From positions 92,504,001 to 92,568,000 of the forward strand of contig OX597823.1 in NCBI GenBank assembly GCA_951406725.2: a stretch of 64,000 bases of DNA, given 5' to 3'. The position numbers were made by a program, and so were the translations under genes. Below the pieces are notes generated by a model. It saw only the letters and a list, made by a program, of their open reading frames with translations. It was not told the origin of the DNA and searched no databases. Position 1 is the first letter of the stretch. Every line of letters starts with the position of its first letter. This DNA comes from Octopus vulgaris (taxonomy: Eukaryota). Below are positions 42,674-55,936 of this stretch, piece after piece.

Positions 42674-45042
42674 CCATCACCATCATTTTCATCATGTTCA
42701 TATTATTACTAATATTATTAAGGCGGTGAGATAGCAAACCGTTGGCAGTCCGGGCAAAATGCTTAGCAGCATTTCCTGCCTTTGCGTTCCGATTTCATAT
42801 CCCATCGAGGTCGATTTTGCCCTTCATCACTTTCTTGGTCGTTAAATTAAAATCAAAAGGGCAGGAGTCAATGTAATGGACGTACTCGGTCTTACGGAAT
42901 TGTTGGCATTGTGCCAAAATTTGAAACCAGTATGTGGATGTCAATACTCCGTATTGAATTTATAGCTTAATGGCATAAGGCATTTTGTTTTTCACGTTTA
43001 TCTACCTGTTCTGTAATAAATCAAATTCTACGAATTATTTTTCTTTTCAGCGAGTTGAATATCCCTTAAAGCTACACCGAACGGAAATAAGGGAAGCTTC
43101 TTTTTAAAATGTATCACCATGAGACACGCAACAGTAGAGAGTGTCATGTTTGGAATAGTTTCGACAGCTGTAGGTAGAAGCAAATAAGTTTAGAAGTTAC
43201 ATTAGGGTCAAGTTACAACCTCAAGTACATCAATAACATTGGCAATAAGAGTGACAGAAGAGACAATTAATTACGCAGTCCTAATTAGTCTTGTCATCAG
43301 ACATATTTAGAATGAGCGAATGATAAAAAATACCATGTGTTCGCTTGTTACCCAGCTAGATATAGCAGCTAAATGTCTCTATGGTCATACTCTACTGACT
43401 TAGAAATGGCATGTTTAAAGTGCATAACGTTGTGCATGCCACGGAAACATGCCAGGCCTAATGCGTGACATGTAAAAGCGCATGGCCTTGTGGGTAGAGT
43501 GTTGCCCTCAGGCTAGATCAGGGTTTCAATCCCTGGAACTGGTAGTGTGTTGTGATCTTGAGCAAACACTTTATTTCCTGTTGCTTCACTCCACTCAGGT
43601 GTAAATCAATAAGACCCCGGATGGTGAGGGTCTGGTGTCTCGTTTAGGAAGAATGACTTGATTTTGGTCACTTATAATTCATGAAAACCTGGTAAATGGT
43701 TCTACGATTCCTAAAATTCAAGACACCGAATGTTCTTTACAGCAAAACAATCATGCAATACCTCTTCGTTCAACTTAATCTGCTGCCAAACAGTATTAAT
43801 CAGAAACACAGCACCACAATATACCCGGTAAGGAGCCCCTAAGCTCTTATTTGTCTTCTCAAGAGATAGCAGAATAATTTCAATTTACGTAGCATAACCG
43901 TCGGGATATAACAATGATGCCATTAGACAATGTCTTCTGGATATCAAATGAAGACTGGATAGTAAATTTGAACTCAGAACGTAGCGGCAGACGAAATACC
44001 GCTGAGCATTTTGCCCGTCGTGCTAACGTTTCTGCCAGCTCGCCGCTTTGTTTCATGTATCATTATTACCAAAGCGCAAGGATAATCTTATTATTTTTAC
44101 AAAATTCTCGTATAGAAGATGATGTTGAAGTGTCCTTTTGGGAAAGCTTACGATCGCTGTTTTCCAAGAGATCGTTTTACTAAGAAAATCTTAGAGTAAT
44201 ATATGTGTTAGTTATCAGTTTCATTCTCTTTGAATGCCGTATTACATCTGGATTATAAGCTCCGGCAATAGGACAAATATGAGAAACGGAAAAAGTATAT
44301 TATTCAATAATTTTTTTTTATGTTTTAAATTATAGAGCAAGGACAAAGGCATAATCAACGGCTTCGTCTCTATCCCCAAATAAATTATTATGCATCCGTA
44401 GCAGTGTTAGTATAATCTTCTTCAGAAATTCTTATTAAGCTGAGTCGGAAATCGAATTCGCTCTGCGTTTATAATAACCTACATACAATTTCAAAAGGAG
44501 GCCAACGTGTGGCACTGGTAAGCTCAGAGCGAAATACGTTTATTTGAAACACACTCCTCAAAAAGGAGTTAGAGATTGCTGAGAGAGGTAGAAATAGAGA
44601 AGGCCATAGTGTGTGTAGATTATGAAGATTTGTCTTGAATGATTTAAAGGGATTTTAAAGAAGATTAAATAAAATGAGAATCATTAGAAAAGAAAATGTT
44701 ATAAAAGACAAGTTAAAAAAGAAAACTGTTATAAGTACGGATGCTGCATGAAATATTTAATCATACGATAGAAATTACATTAGATTTTTGTTGTTAAGCT
44801 TACATGACTATAATCAATATAGTACGATGTCATTGATCTTATTAATATAGATTTCATTCCAGGTGTGGGAGTAACTTCCCTCCTATTCTTATATCTTCCA
44901 CTGGAAACTGGTTCATTTCAAAATACATTTCTATCGATCCTTCTCTCAATAAATGCAGTCTTTTGTTATAAATGTTAGTTTCTCCACTTCTCTTAAAAGA
45001 CTAGGTAATCGAGTATATCCAGCTAGCTTGTACAACGAAAGC

Positions 45043-45434
45043 CTTTCTAATATAGGCCTGAAATTTTGTGGGAGGGGGGTTAGTCGATTACAGTGACCTC
45101 AGTACGCAACTGGGACTTATTTCTATCGAGACTGAAAGGATGGAAAGCAAATTCGCCTTCGGTGGCATTAGATCTGAGAACGTAAAGACAGACGAAATAC
45201 CTATTTCTTTACTAACCAGAAGGGGCTAAACACAGAGAGGACAAACAAGGACAGACAAACGGATTAAATCGATTATACCGACCACAATGCGTAACTGGTA
45301 CTTATTTTAATCGACCCTGAAAGGTTGAAAGGCAAAGTCGACCTCGGCGGAATTTGAATTCAGAACGCAACTGCAGACGAAATACCGCTAAGCATTTCGC
45401 CCGACGTGCTAACGTTTCTGCCAGCTCGCCGCCT
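45043..45434 (-). mobile_element. Composite SINE-B
   Basis: Same monomer/second-unit junction as 28251-28650. Confidence 0.85.
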
Positions 45435-47479
45435 TGCTTATACCACGAGGCGGCCGATTGATTTAGGTAAATATGTACTCGCGAGCAGATATATTCACAC
45501 TTTCGGCTCTCTAAATTTTGATCCAGGGGAAAATCGATGATGCGACAGCTGGTAGGTGAGAGAGAAAGTTGTACCAGCAGTTGGTTACTACTAATTTTCT
45601 GGTAAGTAAACCGGAGACACATTTAACTAATAAACCTTGCCTAATGATCCTGCGCCGCCCAATCGAACTCCTGATCTAATAATCAATCATAACTAACAGG
45701 CTACGCCACGCGTGTGAACATATACTTGATACAGAGTAATTATATGATAAAACTAGTTGCAAACATTTCTGGTCCTGTACAACATCAAAAGCATTGGTCA
45801 ATGTTTACATAGTTATGGCTCGTTCTTCTGTCATGGCCATTAGATATTTTCGCACAAAATTTGGTTCACAAAATGCAAGCTTACGTTTTCGAATTACTTG
45901 CTTCCTTGTCTTAATTTGCTTTCAGTCTTGACCTATCTGATAAGATCGAATCATAACTTTCGCCTCACTGCGGTGTATGAAATGTGTTATTGCTCATTCA
46001 ACGATGTAGACGAAACTTACCATACTCTCACCCAAAATATATAATATATCACGTTTATATATGACACTACTATTTGGTGAGACACAACGAATATTTTATA
46101 AATCAGATATATCAAATTAGAGATTATATATATGTGTGTGTATATATACATACATACACACATACATACATATTTATATATATTCCAATTAAATATTTGT
46201 TCGTAGTTAATAGGTTGATATCGCAACAAACTCAACAAAAGCATTTTCCTATTTTAACTCACGACAAATGTCTTGTGTTAATTCATAGAAAACTCCAGTT
46301 AGTTTCTTTATTTCTTTACTTCTCTGGAACGTTAATATATGGAATAACAAAATATACTTACAGGAATGAATGAATGAATAAATAAATAAATAAATAAAGA
46401 TATAAATAAATATATAAATATATAAAACCTGGGAAAATAAACATGAAGTTAGAAATATCGGAAATGAAAACAAGACTTTTCCATTATCGTTAAATTCGTA
46501 AAGAATTCTAAGAAATATACAATCTCTTATCAAATTTAAATATAAATTAATCTTCTTGCAGTGCAGCACTATTATTCTTCGGTTCAAGAATGTTTCCTTC
46601 ATGTCTGAATATTCCGTATTTCCTTAGATATCCATTCCAAACAGAACCACTTGTTATCTATGCGCTTTCCTTCACTTCTAACAATATCTGATCTTGTTTT
46701 ATTTTTTGTCTATTTAACTTCCAAATCTGCCCGATGGTTTTATGTGAATTGTCTTGCTTGAGGAATTTTACGAGATTTCTTCTTTCTTTTGGGTTAGTGT
46801 CTTGCAGGCTATATATGTATTTATTTCTTTTTCTAATGCCACCAGACTCGGTAGTGTTCTGCATTGATAACCTTTTGTTCGTCTATGTATTTTTTCTATC
46901 TTCAGTTCGAACACCGTAAATGACTTTTGATGTCGATCCTTCTAAGGTCGATCAAAGAATATTAGAAATGAAATGGAGTAGATTCGATCATCTGGAAAGA
47001 AACTTTAACCTATAAATTTGCTGTATTGGGAATCGATTACAAAATACGAAAGAAAGGTGTTCCTTTACATTCGTGTGCAAATCCTGCCGGAGTCATATTT
47101 GCCATCTATCATTTCAGCATTGATAAATAAGAATCACATCTTTTGATCATGTCATCATATATACGTTTACTCTTATTAAAAGACACTCATGGCTATCACA
47201 CCATCAATCATAGGTGATGTTCATTAGATCATACTTTCTACTGACAGGCCGGATAAGGATTTTCGTAAGTTTTCTTGTATGATCGGTCATTACTCGGCCG
47301 TTGAATATTCTTCTTAAGACGAATTTCTGGTGTAACAATTGAATAGATGTAATGTTACAGGAAAGATGGAAAGACAATCGGATAAAGACGGCTAGAATTT
47401 AAACTGGGGAGAGATGGTGAATATGGCGGCTTGTTTGAGCGTGTATTTGTAATAAGTGTTGCATTATTTACATTGACCC

Positions 47480-47783
47480 GTGAAGGCGTGTTGCCTAGTG
47501 GCTAGATTGTTGCACTCAAGATCGCTATATCATGGGTTCGATTCCCGAACGATCAGCGCCTTGTGTTCCTGAATAAAACATTTCATTTCATACATTATTT
47601 ACATTTGATGAATATTTGTCCTCATCTTGTTTGTTGTTAATACAACGTTTCGGCTGATATACCCTCCAGCCTTCATCAAGTGTCTTGGGGACATTTCGAA
47701 CCTGAGTTCTCTTCTTATATATAGTATATATATATATATATATATTATAATGTTATAACAACGACAACAACAACAACAATAAC

Positions 47784-47848
<65 letters not shown>

Positions 47849-48190
47849 CATCGAAAAATACCTTAGGAATAAGAACCCAGGTTCGAAATTTCCCCAAGAC
47901 ACCTGTTGAAGACTAAACGTGTTGACAAAAAACAAGATGAGGACAAATATCCGTCAAATATAAATAGTGTAAATAATGTACATAATATTTCATCTCTTAA
48001 ACATGGAACTGTATTTCATTTCATGTTGCTCCAGTCCACCCAGCTGTAAAAGGGACACCCTGTGATGGAATATCTTCCCAATCAGAGAGGTAGCATCAGT
48101 CAAAAGCCAATGGAGCAGCATTATTTGAATGCTAAAAAGAACGCGGGGCGCATTGTGACCAGCGATGTATAATAGCATCCGTTAGTTTAG
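47480..48190 (+). mobile_element. tRNA-like SINE interrupted by an inverted-pLTR cassette
   Basis: Head with ggttcgattcc B box at ~47535; body resumes at 48013 after the TSD. Confidence 0.7.
47592..48012. mobile_element. Head-to-head pLTR mini-element with HHR motifs, 12-bp TSD
   Basis: Arms ~47592-47712 and ~47868-47980 are reverse complements around (TA)/(AAT)n; TSD atttcatttcat at 47580-47591 and 48013-48024. Confidence 0.82.
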
Positions 48191-48692
48191 TTGATACCGT
48201 GATACCATCTTATTTATCCTTACGCGGCGAGCTGGCAGGACCGCGAGTGCGTCGAACAAAATACATAACGGCATTTCACCTGGCTTTCTATCTTCTGAGT
48301 TAAAATCCCATCAAGATTAACTTTGCCTTTCATCCTTTCGGGGTCAATACCATTTAAGTAGAGGTGTTGGTGTAATCGACTTGTTCCCTTCCCCCTTCAA
48401 TCACTGGCCCTGTGCTAAAGTATGAAGTCTGTTATATATTCACCTTCCCTTTCAAACATTTAACATGTAGCACCAGTTCATGAGGCAACAAGACCTGCAG
48501 GAAACAATTAATAAATCACTCAAAAAAGAAAATCACTTCCTTCTTAATAAAATGTAGTGCGGATTATGTAGATTGTAGTTTTGTTTACTTGTGCCTGAAT
48601 AAATAAAAAGTAATCGTGGGGACCATAATTAAATGCACTTGGTAATGTGTATGGTGGCCTAAGACTGGGTTTTGTTAAATATTTCCATGTAA

Positions 48693-49073
48693 TCTCTCTA
48701 TATATATATAAACGGCAAAATGTCTGTCTGTCTGTGTGTGCGTGCGTGTCCTTTATACAAATCCACAATTTTTCTGTTAGAGGGCTCGCACTTTCTATGG
48801 TCATTCAAAACCATCCAACGGGGGTCGTGTACATCTTTATATTTCCCCAGTCACCCCGCAAAGCCATTAAAAAATCAAAAGAAGTGATTTTTGGCGAATT
48901 TTCTATCCCAAACCCAATCAAAATGCCCGAAACTTGATACACCAATTGAATGCCAGCTAGCTGTATATGATTGGTCGGAGATTTGGACAGTACTCGCGTG
49001 TATGTGCGCACGCACGCAGCTGTATATGCATGCACTAGCACTATGACCCGGCGTTGCCGGGTCATAGAGCTAA
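48693..49073 (+). mobile_element. Non-autonomous Helitron
   Basis: 5' TC after A; 3' hairpin CTATGACCCGGC-gtt-GCCGGGTCATAG (49041-49067); CTAA (CTRR) end followed by T; no TSD. Confidence 0.8.
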
Positions 49074-49740
49074 TAACTAGAAACAATAGAATAAATCTAA
49101 AATATATAAATAAATGGTTTGATTCAAGCTCCTGGAAAGACCTAGTTTACTTCTATTAATTCTGATATTGGCTACTCGGGGAATGGAGGCTAAACCCAAT
49201 TCAAGAGAATTCCAAATCAGAAATTAAAAAGGTGAATTATTTTCTATACATGTCAAAGTAACTCCAAAAGGTTCTCTCACTCAATTCTATGTTCCATTGC
49301 TTGCCTAGAGCAAAAATGGCCGATTCCTCAAGCATCAAAAATCCCCTGCCAATTTTTGAAACGTTTGTAGTTATTCACTTTGAATCTACTAATTAAATAC
49401 TCGAATGAACCCTGGAGGATAGAAAGTAAGACGAGACCGGGCAATATTAGAAAGCCATGAACGAAAGTGCAGCAGATCTTTAAATGCAGATCTTAATTTG
49501 TTCCACGTCCGCAAGCCTTTAGGCCATCAGAATTGCAAAGAGATGCAATTGAATTCTTGAGATTAATGTTCAATGTTGCTATTGGTAACATTCCACGTTT
49601 GACTGATTATTATTGCCCATTGATGGAATGAAGTTTTCCTTGCATCTACGGAAGAAAAATTGCAACTAACAGCTTATACTCTTTACACTATTTACATTAT
49701 TTACATTTGACGGATATTTGTCCACATCTTGTTTGTTGTT

Positions 49741-49786
49741 AACACAACGTTTCGGCTGATATAGCCTCCAGCCTTCATCAGATGTC
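49741..49786 (-). ncRNA. Minimal hammerhead ribozyme with canonical core
   Basis: Reverse complement GACAT-CTGATGA-A-GGCTG-gaggctatat-CAGCC-GAAACGT-T-GTGTT; sister copies at 47639-47684 (-), 50465-50509 (+) and a deleted one at ~47897-47925 (+). Confidence 0.78.
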
Positions 49787-49873
49787 TTGGGGAAATTTCG
49801 AACCTTGGTTCTCATTCCTAACGTATTTTAAAATGTTGTTGTTATCATCATCATCATCATCCTCATCATCATT

Positions 49874-49938
<65 letters not shown>

Positions 49939-49944
49939 TATTAT

Positions 49945-50002
<58 letters not shown>

Positions 50003-50053
50003 GCTACCACCACTACTACTACTTCTACTACTATCATTATTATTATTATTATT

Positions 50054-50325
50054 CAGATCATAGCCGGGAATCGAACTCGCGATGAAAACGTAGCAGTAGT
50101 ACCAATAATTGTCGGAGATCTGGTAACAATGAGCAAAAATCTTGAGAAGTATGTGGAACAAATAGGGGCTGCACTAAGGGTGGAGCACTTGCAGCAAACA
50201 GCACTGATTGGAGCCGCTCCAATACTCCGGAAGGTGCTCAAAAAATGTGAAGTTACCTTAGTTCACTAGTAGTGAACAGCTGACATTGTAGTACATCTCC
50301 AACTTTAGAAGCTGTGCAAAGGAAA
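50054..50325 (+). mobile_element. R4/Dong-like 3' fragment ending in (TAA)n
   Basis: VVPIIVGDLVTMSKNLEKYVEQIG...LQQTALIGAAPILRKVL, short 3' UTR, then (AAT)n. Confidence 0.78.
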
Positions 50326-50342
50326 TAATAATAATAATAAAA

Positions 50343-50388
<46 letters not shown>

Positions 50389-51330
50389 CAACAACAACAA
50401 AACAACAACAACAACATCGAAAAATACCTTAGGAATGAGAACCCACGTTTGAAAGTTCCCCCAAGACACTTGATGAAAGCTCGAGGGTATATCAGCGAAA
50501 CGTTGGGCTAACAACAATCAAGATGAGGACAAATATCTGTCAAATGTAAATAATGTAAATAATATAAATAATGTACATAATTCTCCGTCTTTTAAATACA
50601 GAACTGTATTAATAGCTTACAGTCAACCTTTTCACAAAACATATTAGTTGTTTTGGTGAGACACGTTGTGTGATGATGAATTATAATGCAGGAGCTCAAA
50701 AATACTAGCAGGGCATAATATGTTTATAAGTGGTCCTAATACCATGAAACGTGATTCTTAAGTATGCTTAAGTAGGGATTAATTAATTATGAGGTAAACC
50801 ATCTTGCGTAAATGATTAATTTAATTAGACTTTAAGCTCCACTAATGAATATTACTCCTTAGACACAAGTGATATTTAAATGAAAACTTAAGAAGAAAGA
50901 ACGGGTATGGAAAGACAAAATAAGAAATTTTAATTACACACGTAGTTAGGAATTAATTAGACTTTCTGCTCCAGCGTCAATTCCTTCGCAGAATTGTTCA
51001 CTAAACCCAACTGAATCTATTCATATCACATAAGAACCATTTTAGGTATGGATTTCTAATTTATGAAGCATTTTCTACTAATCACTATACACTAACAGGA
51101 AATAAACAGAAACAGAATGAAAAAGAATGAAAATGCAAAGTTGACCCCATTGAGATTTGAAATCGGAGCGTAAAGAACCGGAAGAGTAGAAAAGAATATT
51201 GAGTCACTTTTTTTAAGTACATTCTAGTGTCTCGTTATTTTCTCAGCGACCCCTCACTTTCAATCGCCAATTTAAAAAATGATTTTCTTAAGTGAATCTT
51301 ATAAATATTGTCCTAATTTATTTGTTGATT

Positions 51331-51830
51331 GTGGAGGCGCAATGGCCCAGTGGTTAGAGCAGCGGATTTGCGGTCGTAGGATTGCGGTTTCAATACCCAG
51401 ACCGGGCATTGTGAGTGTTTATTGAGCGAAAACTCCTAAAGCTCCACGGGGCTCCGGCAGGGGGTGGTGGTGAACCCTGCTGTACTCTTTCGCCACAACT
51501 TTCTCTCACTCTTTTTTCCTGCTTCTGTTGTACCTGTATTTCGAAGGGCCAGCCTTGTCACGTTCAATCTCCGCGAGAACTACGTTAAAGGTACGTGTCT
51601 GTGGAGTACTCAGCCACTTGAACGTTAATAGATGTGCTGCGTCATCACTGGTGCCAAGCTATATCGGCCTTTGCCTTTCCCGGAATAACATCGGTCGCGT
51701 GGAGAGGGGAGTCTGGTATGCGTGGGCAACTGCTTGTCTTCCATAAACAACCTTGCCAGACTTGTGCCTCGGAGTGTAACTTTCTAGGTGCAATGCCATG
51801 ATGACTCATGACTGAAGCGGGTCACAGCAA
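51331..51830 (+). mobile_element. SINE-C, full length, 12-bp TSD
   Basis: tRNA-like head TGGCCCAGTGGTTAGAGC; TSD tatttgttgatt at 51319-51330 and 51831-51842. Confidence 0.88.
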
Positions 51831-52448
51831 TATTTGTTGATTCATCAGTTGTTATACCTTTCTTCTTTCTATTTTTTCTGCTATCAAATTCCGATGATAA
51901 TATATTCTAAAATCCTAGTGATATTCATTAATATCCTCTTTATTTTGACTGGATTATTCACTAGATGCACTTTAAGACCTGTTAGCCACATCACCACGTC
52001 ATGTCTTGTGATGCAGGTCGTTTTCTTTATCCTTTACCAAACTCCTATTCCAAAATAAACTAATATATTTCTAACACTTTCATTGAATATTGCTGCTTGG
52101 TGTCCGTAAAGAATTCAGTCGACAAAACGAGGCAGCATTTTCTTAAACAACAAATCCTTTACTAACGGAAGAAGAAAGAGAAATCAGAAACGTAGGTTCG
52201 TTTAATAAAATCATATTAATTTCATTTGTAATATTCATTTATCCTAACATCGTTTGCGACGAAATATTGTTATATGGGACGTTGATTTTATTAGATTACA
52301 ATAACAGACGATGTAGAGTAACAACTTACTCCATCGAACACCACTTTGTTAAAACAAAAAGCCGTGTATATATATGGGTGTTTTTCGGTGTGTGCGTGTG
52401 TGTGTATGTGTGCTCTGCGAGCTGAAACTAGCTACTTTTCTTATACAG

Positions 52449-52511
<63 letters not shown>

Positions 52512-52516
<5 letters not shown>

Positions 52517-52705
52517 GAAATGAAGAAAATGCTGACAAATAATTGAAGTAATTTAAGTAATTTAATTAGGTGAAAGTTCTTTTTACCGGTTGCGCATTTG
52601 TTATGCTTAAGCATAACAAATGCGCAACCGGTAAAAAGAACTTTCACCTAATTAAATTACTTAAATTACTTCAATTATTTGTCAGCATTTTCTTCATTTC
52701 CTTTT
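52512..52705. repeat. Perfect spacerless 194-bp palindrome between (TA)n tracts
   Basis: Centre GCTT|AAGC at 52608/52609; ORFs 52441-52647(-) and 52570-52914(+) start with the same peptide. Confidence 0.92.
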
Positions 52706-52742
52706 TTATATATCACCACTCGTGTTCGACATATCCTTTTTT

Positions 52743-52886
<144 letters not shown>

Positions 52887-52929
52887 ATGTATATATATGT
52901 ATATATATATATAGGTATGTATATATATA

Positions 52930-53018
<89 letters not shown>

Positions 53019-53117
53019 GTGTATGTGTGTTCTTTTCTTGAAACGGGGCATCGTATTCTTCAAAAGAATAAATAGTTGCATCCTTCAGCATTCAATGGAA
53101 GGGAATAGCCCCAGCCT

Positions 53118-53510
53118 ATTCTTTTCTACTCTAAGCGTAAGGCCCGAAATTATCGGTAGGGGGCCAGTCGAATTGATCGAGCCCAGTACATAACTGGTAC
53201 TTAATTTATCGATCCCGAAAGGATGAAAAGTAAAGTCGACCTCGGCGGAATTTCAACTTAGAACGTAAAGACAGACGAAGTACCTATTTCTTTACTACCC
53301 GCAAGGGGCTAAACATAGAGAGGAAAAACAAGGACAGACAAACGGATTAAATCCATTATATCCAGCCCAGTGCGTAATTGGTACTTATCTAATCGACCCC
53401 GAGAGAATGAGAGGTGAAGTCGACCTCGGCGGAATTTTAACGGAGCGGCAGACAGAATACCGCTAAGCATTTCGCCCGGCGGGATAACGATTCTGCCAGC
53501 TCGCCACCTT
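53118..53510 (-). mobile_element. Composite SINE-B
   Basis: Same junction as the 28251 and 45043 copies. Confidence 0.85.
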
Positions 53511-54308
53511 ATAGCTCAAGATTATTACAAACAGGACTGAGAAACAAAAGATTACCCCCTCCCCACACACATACCCATTGAGAGGAATAACAAAACGATG
53601 CAAATAGCTTTGTATAGTAATATTTCCTAAAGTATTCTGTGGATAAACACCACATATATAATCAGCCGAAATTGCGAGGATGATCCGGTTCTTGACTGAA
53701 GACAGAAGGCTTCGAATGACCCGTCCATGTTTTTTTTTGTATCGTCTATATGGATGTTTTGTTGTCCCGTTCTACGTTCTTGTCCCACTTTGTATTTTAT
53801 TTTATATATATATATGTAATTCAAAAATGCTTACATTCAATACGAATTTATCAGGCACGTGCCGTCAGTAATTACTCATGGTAGGCAGTTGATAACATTT
53901 ATGTAGCAAAGCACACAGAAAATAAGCGAAACGCAGGCGTGTGAGTGAGATGAAACAGATCTATTTCTGCCTTTATAGCGCGTAAAGAAAACGTTATAGA
54001 AAAGTGCTCAGCACGTTTACTACAGCAGTTCTATGTGTAGCTTGAATACTGTGATTGAAAAGGAAGGGCGAATTATGCCTACCTAATCTACAAAAACTAA
54101 AACGTTTTGTATTTTATGCAGAGTAATCAGAGCAACCTCCATAATTTTATTGAATTTGGTGCATATTTTGCCGTGAGAGGAACATGTTGCTATCGAACTA
54201 TTTTATTCGAGGCAGGCACTGCCTACTTTGCGTACTTTGGCGGCACGTTTTTAGTAGATGTACATAAATAGATACAAACACATAGATACATACATACATT
54301 CACACACG

Positions 54309-54358
<50 letters not shown>

Positions 54359-54378
54359 CACACACACATATACATATA

Positions 54379-55936
54379 CAGTTGCGGCCAAAATGTTCAG
54401 AACGGCATTGTTTTCGTCAGAAAAGTAGATATAATTTTTTATCAAAGTTGTTTTATATTCTATAATTTTCACAGACAATAAATACAATATTATTTGTTAT
54501 TGCCTGAGATTTTGGTGTAATTTGAGAGGATAATTCAAAAGTTATGGATGATTTAGTGATTTACTGCAAAACCCATGGCGGCCAAAATGATTAGAACGGT
54601 TACTTTTACTCCGTGTTTTAGTATATTTAACCGGCGAACTCTAATGTTTTGAATTGCAGTGTACTTTGTTAATATAATGCCACTTACTCCGTTACCAATT
54701 CGTCAGCAGATTATTAAGCTTCGAAAGAAAGATAATTTAAGTATTGGATCTATTGCAAAGATTGTTAACAAGTCAAAAAGTGTTGTACACGGTATTCTTA
54801 AGGTCTACGATTATTGTGGTTCGTGTGAAGCAAGAAAGTTTACAGGTATGCCAAGAAAAACGACCAAGAGAGAAGATCGTGCTATGGTTAAATGGACAGA
54901 TTTAAAACTGCTGCTGCTGTTTCTCGGAAAATGAGCATTTTATTGAAAAAAACTTTATCTCGAAAAACTGTGTCTCGTCGTTTAGTTGAACATGACCTAC
55001 AAGCAAGAGCACCTGCAGTGAAGCCACTGATCAGCTCCAAGAATAAAAAGTGTCGACTTACCTTTGCAACCGAACATGTGTTGTGGTCTCAAGAAAAATG
55101 GCAATCGGTGTATTTCAGTGATGAATCTAAGTTTATGCTATTTGTCTCAGATGGGAAAAGTAGGTGAAACATTGTCGCCTAAATGCCTTAAGACTAGTGT
55201 TAAATTCGGTGGAGGAAGTGTCATGGTTTATGGAATGATATCTGGAGATGGTGTGGGCCCTTTGGTGCGATTACATGGAAAGGTAAATGCAGGAGTTTAT
55301 AAACAACCTGTAAAAGATCATGTCTTGCCTGTGCTGAGAAATTCAACTAAGTGACCACCCATATTCATGCAGGACAATGTTCCATGTCACAAGGCTAAGG
55401 TGGTCATGAACTTCCTCAAGGCTGAAAAGGTTATTGTTATGGACTGGCCAGCTCAAAGCCCAGATCTCAATTCTATTGAAAATGTGTGGAGTATTCTAGG
55501 AGAACGTTCGAAAACCAGAAATCCTAAAACAACTGAGCAATTATGGAATGCCCTTAAGGAAGAATTGGAATAAGATCACCCAGCAAGAAATTGAAAATTT
55601 AATTTCGTCATGCAGTCAAAGATGTCAGAGTGTGATTGAAGCTAAAGGGCTTCACACTAAATATTAAATAATTCCAGTATTCTCTGTCATTTTTGATCAT
55701 TTTGTTATTTTGTAAACCGTTCTGATCATTTTGGCCGCCATGGGTTTTGCAGTAAATCACTAAATCATCCATAACTTTTGTATTATCCTCTCAAATTACA
55801 CCAAAATCTCAGACAATACTGATTAATATTGTATTTATTGTCTGTGAAAATTATAGAATATAGAACAACTTTGATAAAAAGTTATATCTACTTTTCTGAT
55901 GAAAACAATGCCGTTCTGAACATTTGGCCGCAACTG
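54379..55936 (+). mobile_element. Full-length Tc1-family transposon with ~220-bp IR/DR TIRs and TA TSD
   Basis: TA|CAGTTGCGGCC...GGCCGCAACTG|TA; TIRs 54379-54601 and 55715-55936, each with two GCGGCCAAAATG-x3-AGAACGG repeats. Confidence 0.95.
54677..55667 (+). pseudogene. DD34E transposase, disrupted
   Basis: HTH region, GMPRKTT, FSDESKF, QDNVPCH..WPAQSPDLNSIENVW (34 residues between D and E); several frameshifts and stops. Confidence 0.93.

Larger units (their letters stand above)
49677..50609. mobile_element. Second head-to-head pLTR mini-element of the same family
   Basis: Arms ~49685-49835 and ~50415-50575 are reverse complements; imperfect TSD taa(c/t)agctta at 49667-49676 and 50610-50619. 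Confidence 0.8.

Noticed and set aside
43030-43180. Strong splice acceptor (TTTTCTTTTCAG) and short ATG frame as a host exon
   Set aside because: No convincing donor, no recognisable protein and no partner exons.
46560-46920. Coding-like minus-strand segment (similar cases at 26720-27040 and 62235-62760)
   Set aside because: Many stops and no motif I can identify; probably decayed transposon sequence.
51331-51410. tRNA gene
   Set aside because: It is the tRNA-derived head of a TSD-flanked SINE, with a degenerate B box.
53660-53725. CTGAAGA...CGAA in family P2 pLTRs as a hammerhead
   Set aside because: I could not build consistent helices I-III across the copies at 15460, 21130, 29050 and 53690.
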